Source: Haliotis rubra (lineage: Eukaryota). From it: DNA of 64,000 nt. Positions 12,877-25,783 of this stretch are shown here, in pieces. A program made the position numbers and the translations under genes. The stretch covers positions 1,488,001 through 1,552,000 of the forward strand of contig NW_025767657.1 of assembly GCF_003918875.1 (NCBI RefSeq). Direction: 5' to 3'. The notes under the pieces were generated by a model, which ran no database searches, had not been told where the DNA came from, and saw nothing but the letters and a program-made list of their open reading frames with translations. The first letter of the stretch is position 1, and every line of letters starts with the position of its first letter.

Positions 12877-13303
12877 TAACCCATGGAGTCTGTTGCTGGA
12901 GTGGTGCACTCCCTGACTTTATGTACCTATGTTTTCACACTTTGAAATTAGTAAATCTTGTTGCTGATGTATACTTAGATGGAACATGCCTGTAACCCGT
13001 TGAGTCTGTTGCTTGAGTGGTTCACTCCCTGACTTTATGTACCTATGTTTCCACATTTCGAAATTGGTAAATCTCTGTTGTTGATGTATAACTAGCTTGT
13101 GCATGCCTGTAACCCATGAAGTTTGTTGCTGGAGTCGTGCACTCCCTGACTTTGTATACTAGTAACTATATTTTCTTACTTTGAAAATGTGTAGTTCTTT
13201 GTTGCCAAAATGTAACCAGCCCTAACATGGAGTTGTGTACTCCCTGTCTTTGTGTACCTATCTGAAATGAATAAAAATATTAAACAAACAAACAAACAAA
13301 AAA
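12877..13303 (+). mobile_element. LINE 3' UTR remnant with ~113-117-bp tandem repeats and an (AAAC)n tail
   Basis: About three copies of GTAACCCATGGAGTCTGTTGCTGGAGTGGTGCACTCCCTGACTTTATGTACC..., then AATAAA and (AAAC)n. Confidence 0.6.
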
Positions 13304-13592
13304 CCTTCAGTGTAGGGAAGATCAGCTATCAAAGTAGAAGCCAGGGTGTATTAATGATTGGCTGGTTATTAAATGGGTGTCCTACTTTTTAACCCTTTGT
13401 TTTCACATATGCATAGTTTCACTTGCAGAACACTCTGCACTTGGAGACAGACACTGGATCATAAATTGAAGGAGTTAGTAACTATTATTATGTTCTTTTT
13501 ATGCCGTTCTGATGTATAAATCAATTCATGTAAATATGTCTATGTCAGATTAAAACATGTCACATATGCTTCATACACATACATACATATAT

Positions 13593-13852
13593 CATGGTTC
13601 CTAGTATGGTGATCTACCTTCAGTTGTTGGTGATCTATAGCCCGTTTTTATATTGTATTGTCTTCGTATATGAAAATACTTTTACATTTTCATGCTAGTT
13701 TTAGACTCTATCTGTTATACTCTAGTTAATTTACAGTCCTTCGATGACTGATTATTTAGCAACTTTAATTTATTGTTTATGTAAAACATTTCTCGTCACT
13801 ATATGGCTGAAATATTGCCGAGGTGACGTTAAATTCTGGCTCACTCACTCAA
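13593..13852 (+). mobile_element. Family L (I/Nimb LINE 3' end) copy
   Basis: Same CATGGTTCCTAG start and (CACT)n tail as the 2317 copy; CACATACATA-type TSD. Confidence 0.8.
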
Positions 13853-15818
13853 TCACATACATATATATGTATGTTTTTTGTTGATCCATTAGTATTTTAC
13901 ATTGTTTATTAATGAATTGATATTAGTTTAGATGTAATGTTTACATGTGTAGCATGGAAAAGTATTCATGGTATGTTTTATATTATGAACAGGTTGATAC
14001 ATTATCATCCACAACATGATTTACAGGGTACATATATTTACATATATTTATATATTATAGATAGATGGAGGCATACATTCTCTATGTCATACATACATTA
14101 TTCCGATTAACTGGATATAATGTCATGCTTAGTATGCCATATTTGTGTTGCATGTGTAACTGCAACAATTAAGATGAAATGTCTTATATAAACTAACAAT
14201 ACCTGTATTGAGTTGAGTTGGGCTTTACGTCACATCGGCATTATTCCAGCCATATAGTGACGATAACAAATCTGCATTAATGAACATTGTGAGTACAGTG
14301 TCAAAATGAGTTTTATTTCAAAAACATATATTCATTACATTGTCATTTAAAAACAGAAAAAGTCATAGCACTAAATTTAAAAGCAGGCAATGTTGTAATG
14401 TGATTTGTTGTCAAATTATGTGACTGTATTCTTATGATCCTCATTGTCACAGGGTGTCAGTTTGTCACGAGTTTGTCACGGGTTTGTCACCAGTTTCTAT
14501 CAGCATAATAAACAGACCTGACACCTAAGCCAGAGTCATCGTTATTAGTACAGAAGCACACGTTGATGGCTGTTACATCTATTCCAATAATGTCAGAGGT
14601 GTTGCAGTACATATTGTGATATATTGACTGGAAGGTTTCTGCCCAAGTAAGAAAATATTATTTACATCATAAATTCATAACAGCTCTCTGTGTGTGACAT
14701 CATCTTCTCAGTTGTTACACCATGCTTTCAGGCTCTCCGTCCCCACTGTCTATGGCTGTATGCCAGTGGTTTACAGATATTTATTTGAAATATTACAACA
14801 AAGTTTTGCGAACATAATGTTAAAGGTAATAATATAACATGATTTTCATGGTCAGTGTTGTTTGCTTCAACAGAATGCACTTCATGAATGTAGTATGTAA
14901 TTATTGTTACTGTATGTCAGTGATTCATTCAGATTCAACTCCAACATGAACATGTGCTAACATGAACTATTGCAAAAATAAAAACGGGATTTAGGTGAAC
15001 TACTTGAGCTTAAATCTCAGGCGACCTCATGTGAACTAAGATCTTTCACTAGTATGCCATTATGCAGCCCTACAAATTTATAGACCTCCACATAATGGGA
15101 ATTCTAGCACGACATTGTGTAATACTCGATTCTGATTGGCTGAGAGCTCATCAAAACCGTACTTAAATGGCAGTTTAAGACCGCTAATTAAAGTGACCGA
15201 TTCACCGCGTATGAATACAATGAACTAGTTGACCCTATTGTTTGTATACAAACATGTCAGACATCGGCAATTTCTATCTCGGCAGCATCTTCGGTGTTTT
15301 TGAAGTAAAAAGCGAATGGTTTGAAGAGGAATTTCTTTACCCTAATCCCAGTGAAGAAACTACGAAGCTGGAAAATCCGTCAGCAGCGCAAAAGCGGCAG
15401 TATATTCAAACCGGGTCCAGATCAAGCGGGCATACACACGTCACCCCACACCATAGGCGCCCGACTCTGATATATTTATAAGTATGACCTCTATATACAA
15501 AATACTAGTATAAGAAAGGTGTGTCAGTAAATCGAAACAAAATGGCGGCCCGGCTCGGCTCGGTTTCGGTCTGACAAACGCTTCCATCGCTTTGACCGTT
15601 GAATAAACTGCACAATTTATGCTCAGTTGACCTCTGTAAAGTACCTTGCGTATCACTAACCTGGTGATTTTATTCTCATTTAAAGCTTTCAATAATTTTG
15701 CCGTCCAATCTCGCACGAAGTCAGGACATATGCCCGGAAGTAAACAAATCTCAGGCTACAGACCCGCACCGAATCTCTGATTGGATAGCGTCTTCTATTA
15801 TTCCCACCTCTTCCAAAC

Positions 15819-16374
15819 CATTCTCTTCCCACAGAGGTTACTCCTGTCATATCTTCCTACGTAACCTCTGTTCTAATACGGCCCTTTCATGGTGTGAGCC
15901 TTCAAGACTCGTGATAGCGGCAATCAGATTTAGTTGTGCAATCAGCGACGTTGTTTCCAAAGTGATCATTCGCAAGGCCTCGGTAATTTCCGTATACTTC
16001 GAGAAAACTAAACCTCTTCCCCAGCGCGATGCGCAAACGTTTCTTCTAGACAGAACTCAGTCACGTTATGGCGGATCAGTGGCGTCTCCATCGCCCTCGT
16101 TGACAACGGACAAGCTAGCCATTAAACGTCTTGTGTGTAACATCAACACAAGTCCCCGGCAGATGGGGGATATTTGTGGCCTCACATTTGCTTGTGTTGG
16201 TCAAGTCGAATCTAAGTCGATGTAACACGTGTTCTGATTGGATAGAAAGAAGGCAGATAATTCGTGTTGCGATCTTTTGCCGCTAGGGGATTTTATGAGA
16301 ACCGGGAAATATGGCCGTATTAGAACAGAGGTTCGTAGGAAGATATGACAAGTAACCTCTGTGGGAAGAGAATG
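15819..16374. mobile_element. MITE with ~65-bp TIRs (9-bp TSD, Mutator-like), copy 1
   Basis: TIR CATTCTCTTCCCACAGAGGTTAC...CCTCTGTTCTAATACGGCC; degenerate TSD CTTCCAAAC/CTTCCCATC; inverted second copy at 47222. Confidence 0.85.
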
Positions 16375-17032
16375 CTTCCCATCGTGCAACTATATTATCT
16401 AATCAGAGACTCGCTCTACTATTCAGTGCGGGTCTGTAGCACTAACGCGTTCGGTTTATGAATTACATTTAGCGGTCTTAAATCAACGATAAAGGACCGC
16501 AAAATTGAAAACAGAGTAGCTTTATCTTCTAATTGTTAAATGGTCACTCAGAGCCAGGGGTTCTACTGACAAGTCCAAATATTCGTCTGGCGAGATACTG
16601 TACCGGTACATACCGGTAATATTGCACAGCCCTATTATTACATATATTTGATATATGTCCAAACCGTTGTACAATGTTTATTTCAACAATGCAAAATATT
16701 CAGGTGTATGTTTTTTCTTTCCGTCAAATATAATCATTTGTGGTTGACACTGATTATTCTATTTTAAAAAACTTCTAAGTAGATTCCTAACTTAACATTT
16801 TTTTAATCCTAAACGAGATATACTATTAGTCAATATGCATACTTGTTGTATACCACCAGCTATAAAATAGTACAGCTCTTCATGCCTGTTTTGTCCACCA
16901 GTTATAAAGTGGTACAGCTGCCACGTGTTATATCAATGCAAAAGAATGCTCTTGTATGACTAATATGTAGTGGGTTAGCTATTCGTAAAAGTGTTCCTTT
17001 GTCAGAGCAAAGACCCAGGTTTGATTAACCAC

Positions 17033-17583
17033 ATGGTGTTCCTGGATGTGATCGCTATAATATGATAATGGTGTTCCTGGATGTGATCGCTATAATATGA
17101 TGATGGTGTTCCTGGATGTGATCGCTATAATATGATAATGGCGTTCTGGATGTGATCGCTATAATATGATAATGGTGTTCCTGGATGTGATCGCTATAAT
17201 ATGATAATGGCGTTCTGGATGTGATCGCTATAATATGATAATGGTGTTCCTGGATGTGATCGCTATAATATGATAATGGTGTTCCTGGATGTGATCGCTA
17301 TAATATGATAATGGTGTTCCTGGATGTGATCGCTATAATATGATAATGGCGTTCCTGGATGTGATCGCTATAATATGATAATGGTGTTCCTGGATGTGAT
17401 CACTATAATATGATAATGGTGTTCCTGGGTGTGATCGCTATAATATGATAATGGTGTTCCTGTATGTGATCGCTATAATACGATAATGGTGTTCCTGGGT
17501 GTGATCGCTATAATATGATAATGGTGTTCCTGGATCTGATCGCTATAATACGATAATGGTGTTCCTGGATCTGATCGCTATAA
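17033..17583. repeat. 35-bp minisatellite, ~16 copies
   Basis: Unit TGGTGTTCCTGGATGTGATCGCTATAATATGATAA. Confidence 0.95.
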
Positions 17584-17830
17584 ATGCTGATACCACGTTA
17601 ATCGCATTCCTGTATGTGATATTGTGATTATCGCTATCATAGAAAGAAGCATGAAAATATTTATGTGTTTTTCTGAACAGAACATCGTCAGATTTGATCA
17701 CAATTCAGTTTATCGTTCAAAGAATTCACGCAAGGTTGTCTGGAATAACTCCTGTCTGTGCTCTTTTGGCTGAATGTTCCAACATTCCCATGTTCCTCTG
17801 GTATCGACACAATTCACTTAAATACCTTCT

Positions 17831-18072
17831 GACCCGTGAAGATCAGGGATAGAATCTATCTTCAGTAGCCTATGCTTGTCGTAAGAGGCGACAAACGGGA
17901 TTGGGTGGTCAGGCTCGCTGACTTGGTTGACACATGTCATCGTATCCCAATTGCGTAGATCGATGCTCATGATGTTGATCACTGTATTGTCTGGTCCAGA
18001 CTCGATTAATTACAGACCGCCGCCATATAGCTGGAATACTGCTGAGTGAAGCGTTAAAAAAAACAACCAACG
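17831..18072 (+). mobile_element. Short non-tRNA retroposon (family S), full length
   Basis: Starts GACCCGTGAAGATC, contains GCTTGTCGTAAGAGGCGAC, ends with the GCTGGAATA..GCTGAG..GCGTTAAA tail. Confidence 0.85.
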
Positions 18073-18613
18073 AACCATCTTTGGATTCTGACATCAGTCG
18101 AAAAACATTCATTCATGATTACTAACATGAAAAACAACTGGTAAGCCACTTCTGTTGCTCGCTTTGATGTTAGAGGTCATGTTGAGTATTGTTGAGCGCC
18201 TCATATTCTTTGGTTACTGTATACACAAGCAGTATTGTCAAAACAAACACTGAGAATGCGATTTATTCATTTCAGGGAACATGTAAAAAAAAATGTTGTG
18301 ATTTTCAGGGATTTTGTTAAATCCCTAAGAAGTCCAACGATTTTGTGAAACCACCGAGTGAATCACGAATTTTATAAAATCCCTGAAATTTTCAGTGATT
18401 TTACAAAATCACTGATTTGAAATATTCACTGTAACATATACACCTGTCGACTTACCAGTCTACTACTTGTTCGATAACATTAGAATGATTACCAATACAT
18501 GGTTCTGATAGTGTTTATATATACAATGTATTTGTAATGAGTATGGAAAAGAGTTTTGTCACGTCTATCTTCCTGTCTTGATGTTATGATACGTTAGCCC
18601 TTATTCAAGGATC

Positions 18614-18869
18614 GTCCCTAGTTTGGTGATCTACCTTTTGGTGTTGGCGATCTATAGCTTGTTTTTATATTGTATTGTGCAAATAGTGCTATCAGTTTTA
18701 ACTCTCCATACTAGTTTTAGTTGTAATTGTGATATTCTAGTTGTTTTACTGTCCTTCGTCAACAGTTTTTTTATTATATACATATATTTCATTTCAATAT
18801 CAAATGTTCTCGTCACAATATGGCTGAAATATTGCCGATGTGACGTTAAATATTAACTCACTCACTCAC
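18614..18869 (+). mobile_element. Family L copy, inserted after the B/C duplication
   Basis: TSD TATTCAAGGATC at 18602-18613 and 18870-18881; empty site in the paralogous unit at 24186-24197. Confidence 0.9.
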
Positions 18870-18957
18870 TATTCAAGGATCAAACAAATTGTGACAGAGT
18901 TTACAAATTGCAAGGTGTCTACAAGTAATGTCATGTCACATGTGTTCGAGCGGACTA

Positions 18958-19115
18958 GGGGCGGTGGGGTAGCCTAGTGGTTAAAGCGTTCGCTTGCAGC
19001 GCCGAAGACCCGGGTTCGATTCCCCACATGGGTACAATGTGTACATGCCTGGTGTCTCCCGTCGTGATATTCCTGGAATATTGCTAAAACCGGCGTAAAA
19101 CTCAACTCAACTCAC
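18958..19115 (+). mobile_element. tRNA(Asp)-like SINE (family T)
   Basis: A box TAGCCTAGTGG, B box GGTTCGATTCCC, tail GGAATATTGCTAAA..GGCGTAAAA(CTCA)n; TSD TCGAGCGGA; same insertion at 24288. Confidence 0.9.
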
Positions 19116-19913
19116 TCGAGCGGAGGAGATCTGTGTTGTATAAAGAATTGTTTAGTCCTCACATATGGCCATATACGTAAAATAATTATCACACATGTTC
19201 ATAGATCAGAAAGCCTTATGTAATACCCTCAGCATGCATTGACTGAAATAAGTCCAACTATATCGCCATGTTAGATATACTTGATTTGATACTCTTCTAT
19301 AATTAAGAACTGTCTGGTTCATATGCCAAATACATGAAGCAAGTTTCAGTGTTATTCGCACATCAGTACTGACTGCGCCACAATCCACATTGAACTAAAA
19401 AGTTTTCAAAAGGCGAGATAGAACAGAGGCACTTTATTCACCACTGGATATTTCACATAAGGTTTTTGTGTACAAAAGCTGAATCCCAGATTTCAGGATA
19501 TGACCTAAGATAATAATATTACTCTATACAGGTATGGATATATTTACAGAGATATTCAATTGTCTAAAAGATGACAAAAACGGTTCCTGGAAACCTCGAA
19601 TATCATACTTGTCAATACATGTCACTGGAACCATTTATAATGATATAATTCCATGGCAAATTATGCCGTTCCTTCGGTTCCAAAAGGCCTCTATTATTCT
19701 TTTCCAGTTGAGAAGTTTTCCACAGGTCGTCAGAGATGTCGTTTAAAATTAAGAGTACATTTAATCACTGAAACTGAATTTGTTTCACTTTTATGAGTTT
19801 CGAAACACATGCAATTTGACATGAAATAAACTCAAATGCCCGAATAGAAGTTTCCATGACATTTACCAATTCCCTTTCATTTATGCAATGATGCATAAAG
19901 TGTAATCAAATTA

Positions 19914-21068
19914 TTAAAACGGTAAGACAGCTAAACACATTGAGGTTGTAGTGATCATTATTAAGCTGATGACGGCAAAACAAACTCTATTCAGAGCATC
20001 TGCTGACCATTTCCTTTTGTACCATCTTCCATTACGCTCGTCAAGCATTAAACTGTTGAGGTCTCGTCCTTCCTGGCATGAAGCACCTTTACTGTGACGA
20101 GTGCCAATCTCGGTGTGATACCTTTTCAAGATGGCGACGGTGGCCCAAATAGTGATGACCTTGACCAACAACATTGTGAGGAGATAGACTTTGAAGATAC
20201 CAAGGGAATCGGGTGTGTGTGGAAGGTCCTCATTGATATCTGTCAGGATGAGGGCATAGGACAGGAACACGGAGATGCACAGTGAGATCTTCTCCCCTGA
20301 TTCAGGGGGAAGAAGAAACACGCCAAGATTGAGAACCGACAGCAGGAAGACAGGCAGGGCGCTGGTGATCAGAAAGTGTAGGGGCCTCCGCTGGAAGCTA
20401 AACTTAAAAGAAATTTCGTTCTGAGACAAAGTTTCTCCATAGGTATAAGTCTTTGTTTTTATGCTTTTTTCAATTTCTTTCCATTCTCCGTGACTTTGAA
20501 ACGGATTGTAGTTTGACATCACTGAACCACCTTGTAAAAATACTTCATTGTTGCTGGATATCCATTGAATAAGCCGCACGTCACATGTCTGCGAATCCAT
20601 GGGAAACTTGCTCATGTCCATGGAACATTTTGTAATCTGTCTCATTGTCCGGTACCACGTTACGAAGCCCGTGTTCCTGACAGACACGATTCCTGTCGTG
20701 TCTGACAGTAAGTGGTAGTCCTCAACGCTATTTAACACAACAAGATCTGGCGTCCAAACATGGTGTAGAGGAAGTTTAATTTCCTGAATTCCGTCATGAT
20801 CAGAGGTATTCCACACGAGCCATTCATCATACCATGTGATGTTGAACGTCCCAAAAGAGATAAAATTTTCACTAGCTTCATTGAGGTCCTCTACAGAGAA
20901 CATTGAAAAGTCTACCGTCACGTTTGTAGCTACTCTTGAGTTTTTGATAGGTCGAATGTGTGGCTTGTAGCCTTCAATGACTGTTTCATGTAAATTGTAC
21001 AAAGGGGACACCTTATGTCCAAATATCATGCCAAAGGGATAGAGCAGGACGAAGAGATTCAGAAACAT
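19914..21068 (-). CDS. Cys-loop nAChR-like subunit, copy B (384 aa, uninterrupted CDS)
   Basis: Same architecture as copy A; Cys loop CSMDMSKFPMDSQTC; PPESGEKISL. Confidence 0.95.
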   Translation of the reverse strand: MFLNLFVLLYPFGMIFGHKVSPLYNLHETVIEGYKPHIRPIKNSRVATNVTVDFSMFSVEDLNEASENFISFGTFNITWYDEWLVWNTSDHDGIQEIKLPLHHVWTPDLVVLNSVEDYHLLSDTTGIVSVRNTGFVTWYRTMRQITKCSMDMSKFPMDSQTCDVRLIQWISSNNEVFLQGGSVMSNYNPFQSHGEWKEIEKSIKTKTYTYGETLSQNEISFKFSFQRRPLHFLITSALPVFLLSVLNLGVFLLPPESGEKISLCISVFLSYALILTDINEDLPHTPDSLGIFKVYLLTMLLVKVITIWATVAILKRYHTEIGTRHSKGASCQEGRDLNSLMLDERNGRWYKRKWSADALNRVCFAVISLIMITTTSMCLAVLPF

Positions 21069-22069
21069 GCTGGATACAGCTTACTTAGTGTTAGTTTGAT
21101 GTAATTCGCTGGATTATTAATGTAGTTTTTTCTGTGCAGTTGGTACATCCAGTGACAATAACGTCTCACCTTCAGTCTGTTGTCTCGTGCTGAAGATACA
21201 CACTGTTGGATGGATTTACTTAATTTCTCTGGAAAGTTACACAGGAAGGATAAAACATTTGATCCGTTTGAACAATCACAAAAAAACTTGGAGAGATCCC
21301 TTCCCTGAAAAATGTTTGAACTTCACTGACGGAGACCAGGTGATAGTGAAACAGTGAATACCTATGATGGTTAATAAACCAATATCCGTGTAGCTGTTTA
21401 CAGTGCTGAGTAGTCCATTACCCCGCCAAAAGGAATGTTTGATGAACACTAATGGACTATTGATTTTGTCACCACTGTTAGACATTAACCATAGAAACAT
21501 TAGCTTCATTCGACTATGCATGATTGCGCCATCCATTCGTGAATGTAGACATTTTCCAATCTGACGCGCCAGTGACTAAATTCAAGTCATATGCCATTCC
21601 CTATATTTCTTTGTACCATACGTTCCCGGGTTGTTTGTTTTCCAAGGAGAACAGATAAATCATCTGTTGCCTTGGCATGATCATTACAATCAGGAGTATA
21701 TGACGGACCACAAGGGGTGCAGGAAATACCCCTTTACGCAAGCACATATTGTCAACAGCATTTGACGGTAATGTATAAACAGTTGTGAAATCGACTGAAC
21801 TTGAAGTAGAGATATTCGTGACTTTGTAATGGATTTTGTCATTTTCATTATGGTTATAAAATGTTTGTGTGCTGTCTTTCATATGATGTCTCTAAAACCT
21901 TATGTTTGGTTAACAAGACATATTTATGTTCACAAATGTGTCCCGGTTCTTATTGTAGTTTGTGCATGGCATGCTATATACCTGCAACCAGACATATATC
22001 ACAGGTGACTTCTCACTTGTTGACATTAGCAACCTTCGTCAACAATTCAAATATGGACCTAGATATCGT

Positions 22070-23450
22070 GAACAGCATCCTACCAATTGTGTTTAGAACT
22101 TTAAAATCATTGTGAATGCTGTTTTCATTGGAAGTATGCACAAACTGAAAAAGAGGAATCATTGGAAGAAACCCATTCTGTCCCAGCCAACTGGCAAAGT
22201 AAGTCTGGCTGACGTGCATGAAAGGTTTGTAGTTATTCCCACTGACAAGGCCTCAAATAACATAACCATTATATGTAAACACCATTACATAAATTGTTTG
22301 ATCAAAGAACTTGGTACAAGTGATATATACGTCAAATATTGCCACATGTAAGGACAGTGTGTTAACTTGAGGAAGAAATCGTCCGACACCATTCAACAGT
22401 GCTATCAACGTTTGGCTTGACTCTAAAACCTTACGGCATGTCCATTCCTCTTTTGTACTTGATTTCCAAAACTACTTACAAATCCGCACAAAGAAAGATA
22501 TATTGCTGGTTCCAGCAAATGTACCACCAAATCTCTGTCTCAATCACTAATACCATCAAGGAAGAACCTTCCCAATATTCACAGAAAGTATTTGAGACAA
22601 GCAGAATTAATACCATGTGGATTTTCAAAGAACTTGCTTGCATTTTTACAATCTCAGAAACGGAGCCAGTTCCATTCTGTCAAAACATTTGATTTTTCAA
22701 CATTGTAAACCACTATCCCACATGAGAAAGGTAATGAAAAACTTAATTCCTTGATCCATGGAGCGTTTAGAAACAAACGTGGCAAACAAAGATATACTTA
22801 CATATCCATCTTCAGAAGTTCAGGACATTTGTCAAAAATGAAAGCAAATCTCATTTGGAGTTTACTGAGAAACCAATATGCAAAATGCTGGAATTTCTCA
22901 TTGATCTGGGGTAAAACATTTGGCCAAGAAGTAGGCATCCCCTGGACACCAATTGTGCTTCCCTCCTTGTGGATGTGTTTTTTATGCATATGAATCAGAA
23001 TTTCTGCTTAGGTTGGCAAAATCAAAACAAGGTAATTTGGCCAAGAAGTTTAACTTAAGCCTCCAGTACATCGACGATCTAATATCGTTCAATAACCATC
23101 AAATAGCTACATTGTAATTGTCTCCCTAAGATTTACCCACCTGAACTTGAAATTAAGGAGCCACTTGAGACTGCCTCAACTGTTTCATATTTAGATCTAT
23201 GGATATAGATTTAGAATGACAAAAAAACTCTCCACGAGACTGAATGACAAAAGGGATAATTTCAACTTTCCAACAGTCAGCTTCCCTTTCATGTCGAGCA
23301 ATATTCCAACAGCTTCAGCCTTTGGTGTTTACATTGCACAACTTTTAAGATACAATCGAGCGAGCTCTTTTTATCAGGATTTCACTCTTGCTCAGAAGTT
23401 GTTTGATCAAGGTTACAACATCCAAGGTAAAACCACCTTCCTGGGGATCA
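22070..23450 (+). mobile_element. Penelope-like element reverse transcriptase pseudogene (Naiad/Chlamys-type motifs)
   Basis: Frameshifted FVVIPTDKASNNITIICK, TFDFSTL*TTIPH, GIP..TNCA, YIDDL, YLDL, DKRDNFNF....FPFMSSNIP...FGVYIAQLLRY. Confidence 0.8.
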
Positions 23451-23717
23451 AGGGGACTTCTGATTGCTACATGACTCCCAGGAGGATTTGCGGCATCACT
23501 TTTGCCACCAGTGGCTGTATCCAAAGCCAACTAATATTAAAAACGTATCTGTAATCGTGTAATTAAAGTACAAGCTGATGTTCCATGCTTCAGTTAGGTT
23601 GGACTCACGTGCCCCCAACAGGGGGACAATAATACACTAACATCATGAGTGGCACCTCCATCATTTCTCTGGCATTGAAAATGTACATAATACCGTGACA
23701 AAAACATTTTTTGGATT

Positions 23718-23935
23718 CTGTTAGAATTAATCCTCAGCAACCCGTGCTTGTCGTAAGAGGCGACTTACCGGATCGGGTGGTCGGGTGACTTGATTGACAC
23801 ATGTCATCGTATCCCAATTGCGAAGATAAATGCTCATGATGTTGATCACTGGTTTGTCTGGCCAAGACATTTACAGATCACCGCCATATAGCTGGAATAC
23901 TGCTGGGTGAGGCGTTAAAAAACAACCAACCAACC
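23718..23935 (+). mobile_element. Family S copy (paralogous to 17831 through segmental duplication)
   Basis: Same body and the same downstream flank (AACCATCT...ACATCAG) as the 17831 copy. Confidence 0.8.
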
Positions 23936-24287
23936 ATCTTCGGAGGTCTTACATCAGGCGGACAACATAAATTCATGATTAATAACATGAAAAGCACACT
24001 TGGCAAAACATCATCATATTATATACACTTGTTAACTTAACCCTCTACTACTCTTTTGGATAACATTAGTATGGTTACCAAAACATGGTTCTGATAGTGT
24101 ATATATACAATGTATTTGTAATGAGTATGGAAAATATTTTTGTCACGTCTGTCTTCCTGTCTTGATGTCATGAGACATGAGCCCTTATTCAAGGATCAAA
24201 CAAATTGTGACCGAGTTTACAAACTGCAAGGAGTCTACTAGTTACTTATTGCCAAATATTGATATGCCACATGTGTTTGAGCGGACT

Positions 24288-24462
24288 AAGGGCGGTGGTG
24301 TAGCCTAGTGGTTAAAGCATTAGCTCGCCACGCCGAAGACCCGGGCTTGATTCCCCAAATGGTACAATGTGTACATTTCTGGTGTCCCCCGTCGTGATAT
24401 TCCTAGAATATTGCTAAAACCAGCATAAAACTCAACTCAACTGAACTCACTCACTCACTTAC
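24288..24462 (+). mobile_element. Family T tRNA-SINE (paralogous to 18958)
   Basis: Same insertion site GAGCGGACT; A/B boxes and tail. Confidence 0.85.
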
Positions 24463-24888
24463 TCGAGCGGACTAGGTATGTGTTGTATGGAGGATTGTCT
24501 CATCCTCAAATGTGGCCTAAAATACTTATCAGTGTTCATAAGTCAGTAAGCCTCATGCAATGCCCTCAGCATGTATTGACTGAAATGAGTGCACCTATTA
24601 AAGATTCGTAGATATGGCCATGTTAGATATACTTGATAAGACACTTTTCTGTGTACCGTGTGGTTCTCATGTAATGTCAAATACATGAAGCAAGTTTCAA
24701 TGTTGTTCGTACATCAGTACCTGACTCTTCAGCACAATCCACATTAAACTGAAATGCTTTTTTAAAAGGGGAGATGGATGGTGGCACTTTATTCACCATT
24801 GGATATTTCACATAAGGTTGCCGTGTACAAATGTACAAATAGCTGAATCCAGATTTCAGGACATGACTTGCTGTAATAAAGATTACAA

Positions 24889-25394
24889 AAACTAGAAAGT
24901 GTTTTTACTCGTAAAAACAGATGTCTTCCACCTTCCCCCAGTTCAACGTTGAGACCTAAAACAATTCATATGATTCCTTCAACTTCAAAATCTCTAAGTA
25001 TGAAAATACATATTATGCATATCATGTTATTATGTTTGTAAAGTCTTCATTTGATATTTTCATATTCAATTGAACTTAATTGCTTATCAACAAATCAACA
25101 ACTCCACAGTTGTGAGAAGATGGGTAAAGTGGTTTTAGAGTTATGCTCAGGACACAAACCCTACCCTTCAAAAAGACCAAGTCCAATTCTTGCCATGAAA
25201 ACAGAAAAAAATATAATTGAAAAATAAATACTCAAACCCCAAAAAGGCACATCTACATGATATGGAGAGGCAGTATACCGAAGATTGTTCAAGTGGTTTT
25301 AGAGTTATGTTCTAGAAACAATGGGAGCGCTGAGACCAATGCTGACGGAAACTATACCAAAAACAATATGTCCCCCTTCAGGGGGAGACATAAT
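24889..25394 (+). mobile_element. Helentron/HINE-like non-autonomous element
   Basis: Begins AACTAG, ends with subterminal hairpin ATGTCCCCC-TTC-AGGGGGAGACAT-AAT; internal repeat GTGGTTTTAGAGTTATG twice; absent from the paralogous B unit. Confidence 0.55.
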
Positions 25395-25783
25395 GATTCC
25401 TGGAAACCTCAAAAATCATACTTGTCAATACACGATCACTGGAAAAATTCATAATTATTTCTAAAAAAATTCCATGGCAAAAGATGCCAGTACTTCGGGT
25501 CCAAAAGGCATTAATTATTCTTTTTCCTTTCACAAATACATGTATTATTTTAGGGACTTTCCACTGTTCAGAGATGGGGTTTGGGAAACTGAAAGACCAT
25601 TTACTCACTGAAGCTGAATTTGTTGCATTATTATGAGTTTCCAAACACTTGACATGAAAAAGTACTCAAATGCTCGAATAGCATTTTCCTTGACATTTAC
25701 TAACTCCTAAATTCCCTTTCATTTATGCAACAAATATCAAAAAGCAATATATATATCATGATGCATGAAGTAGCATCGAATGA

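Noticed and set aside
17033-17583. CRISPR-like array
   Set aside because: Head-to-tail repeats without unique spacers, eukaryotic context, no cas genes
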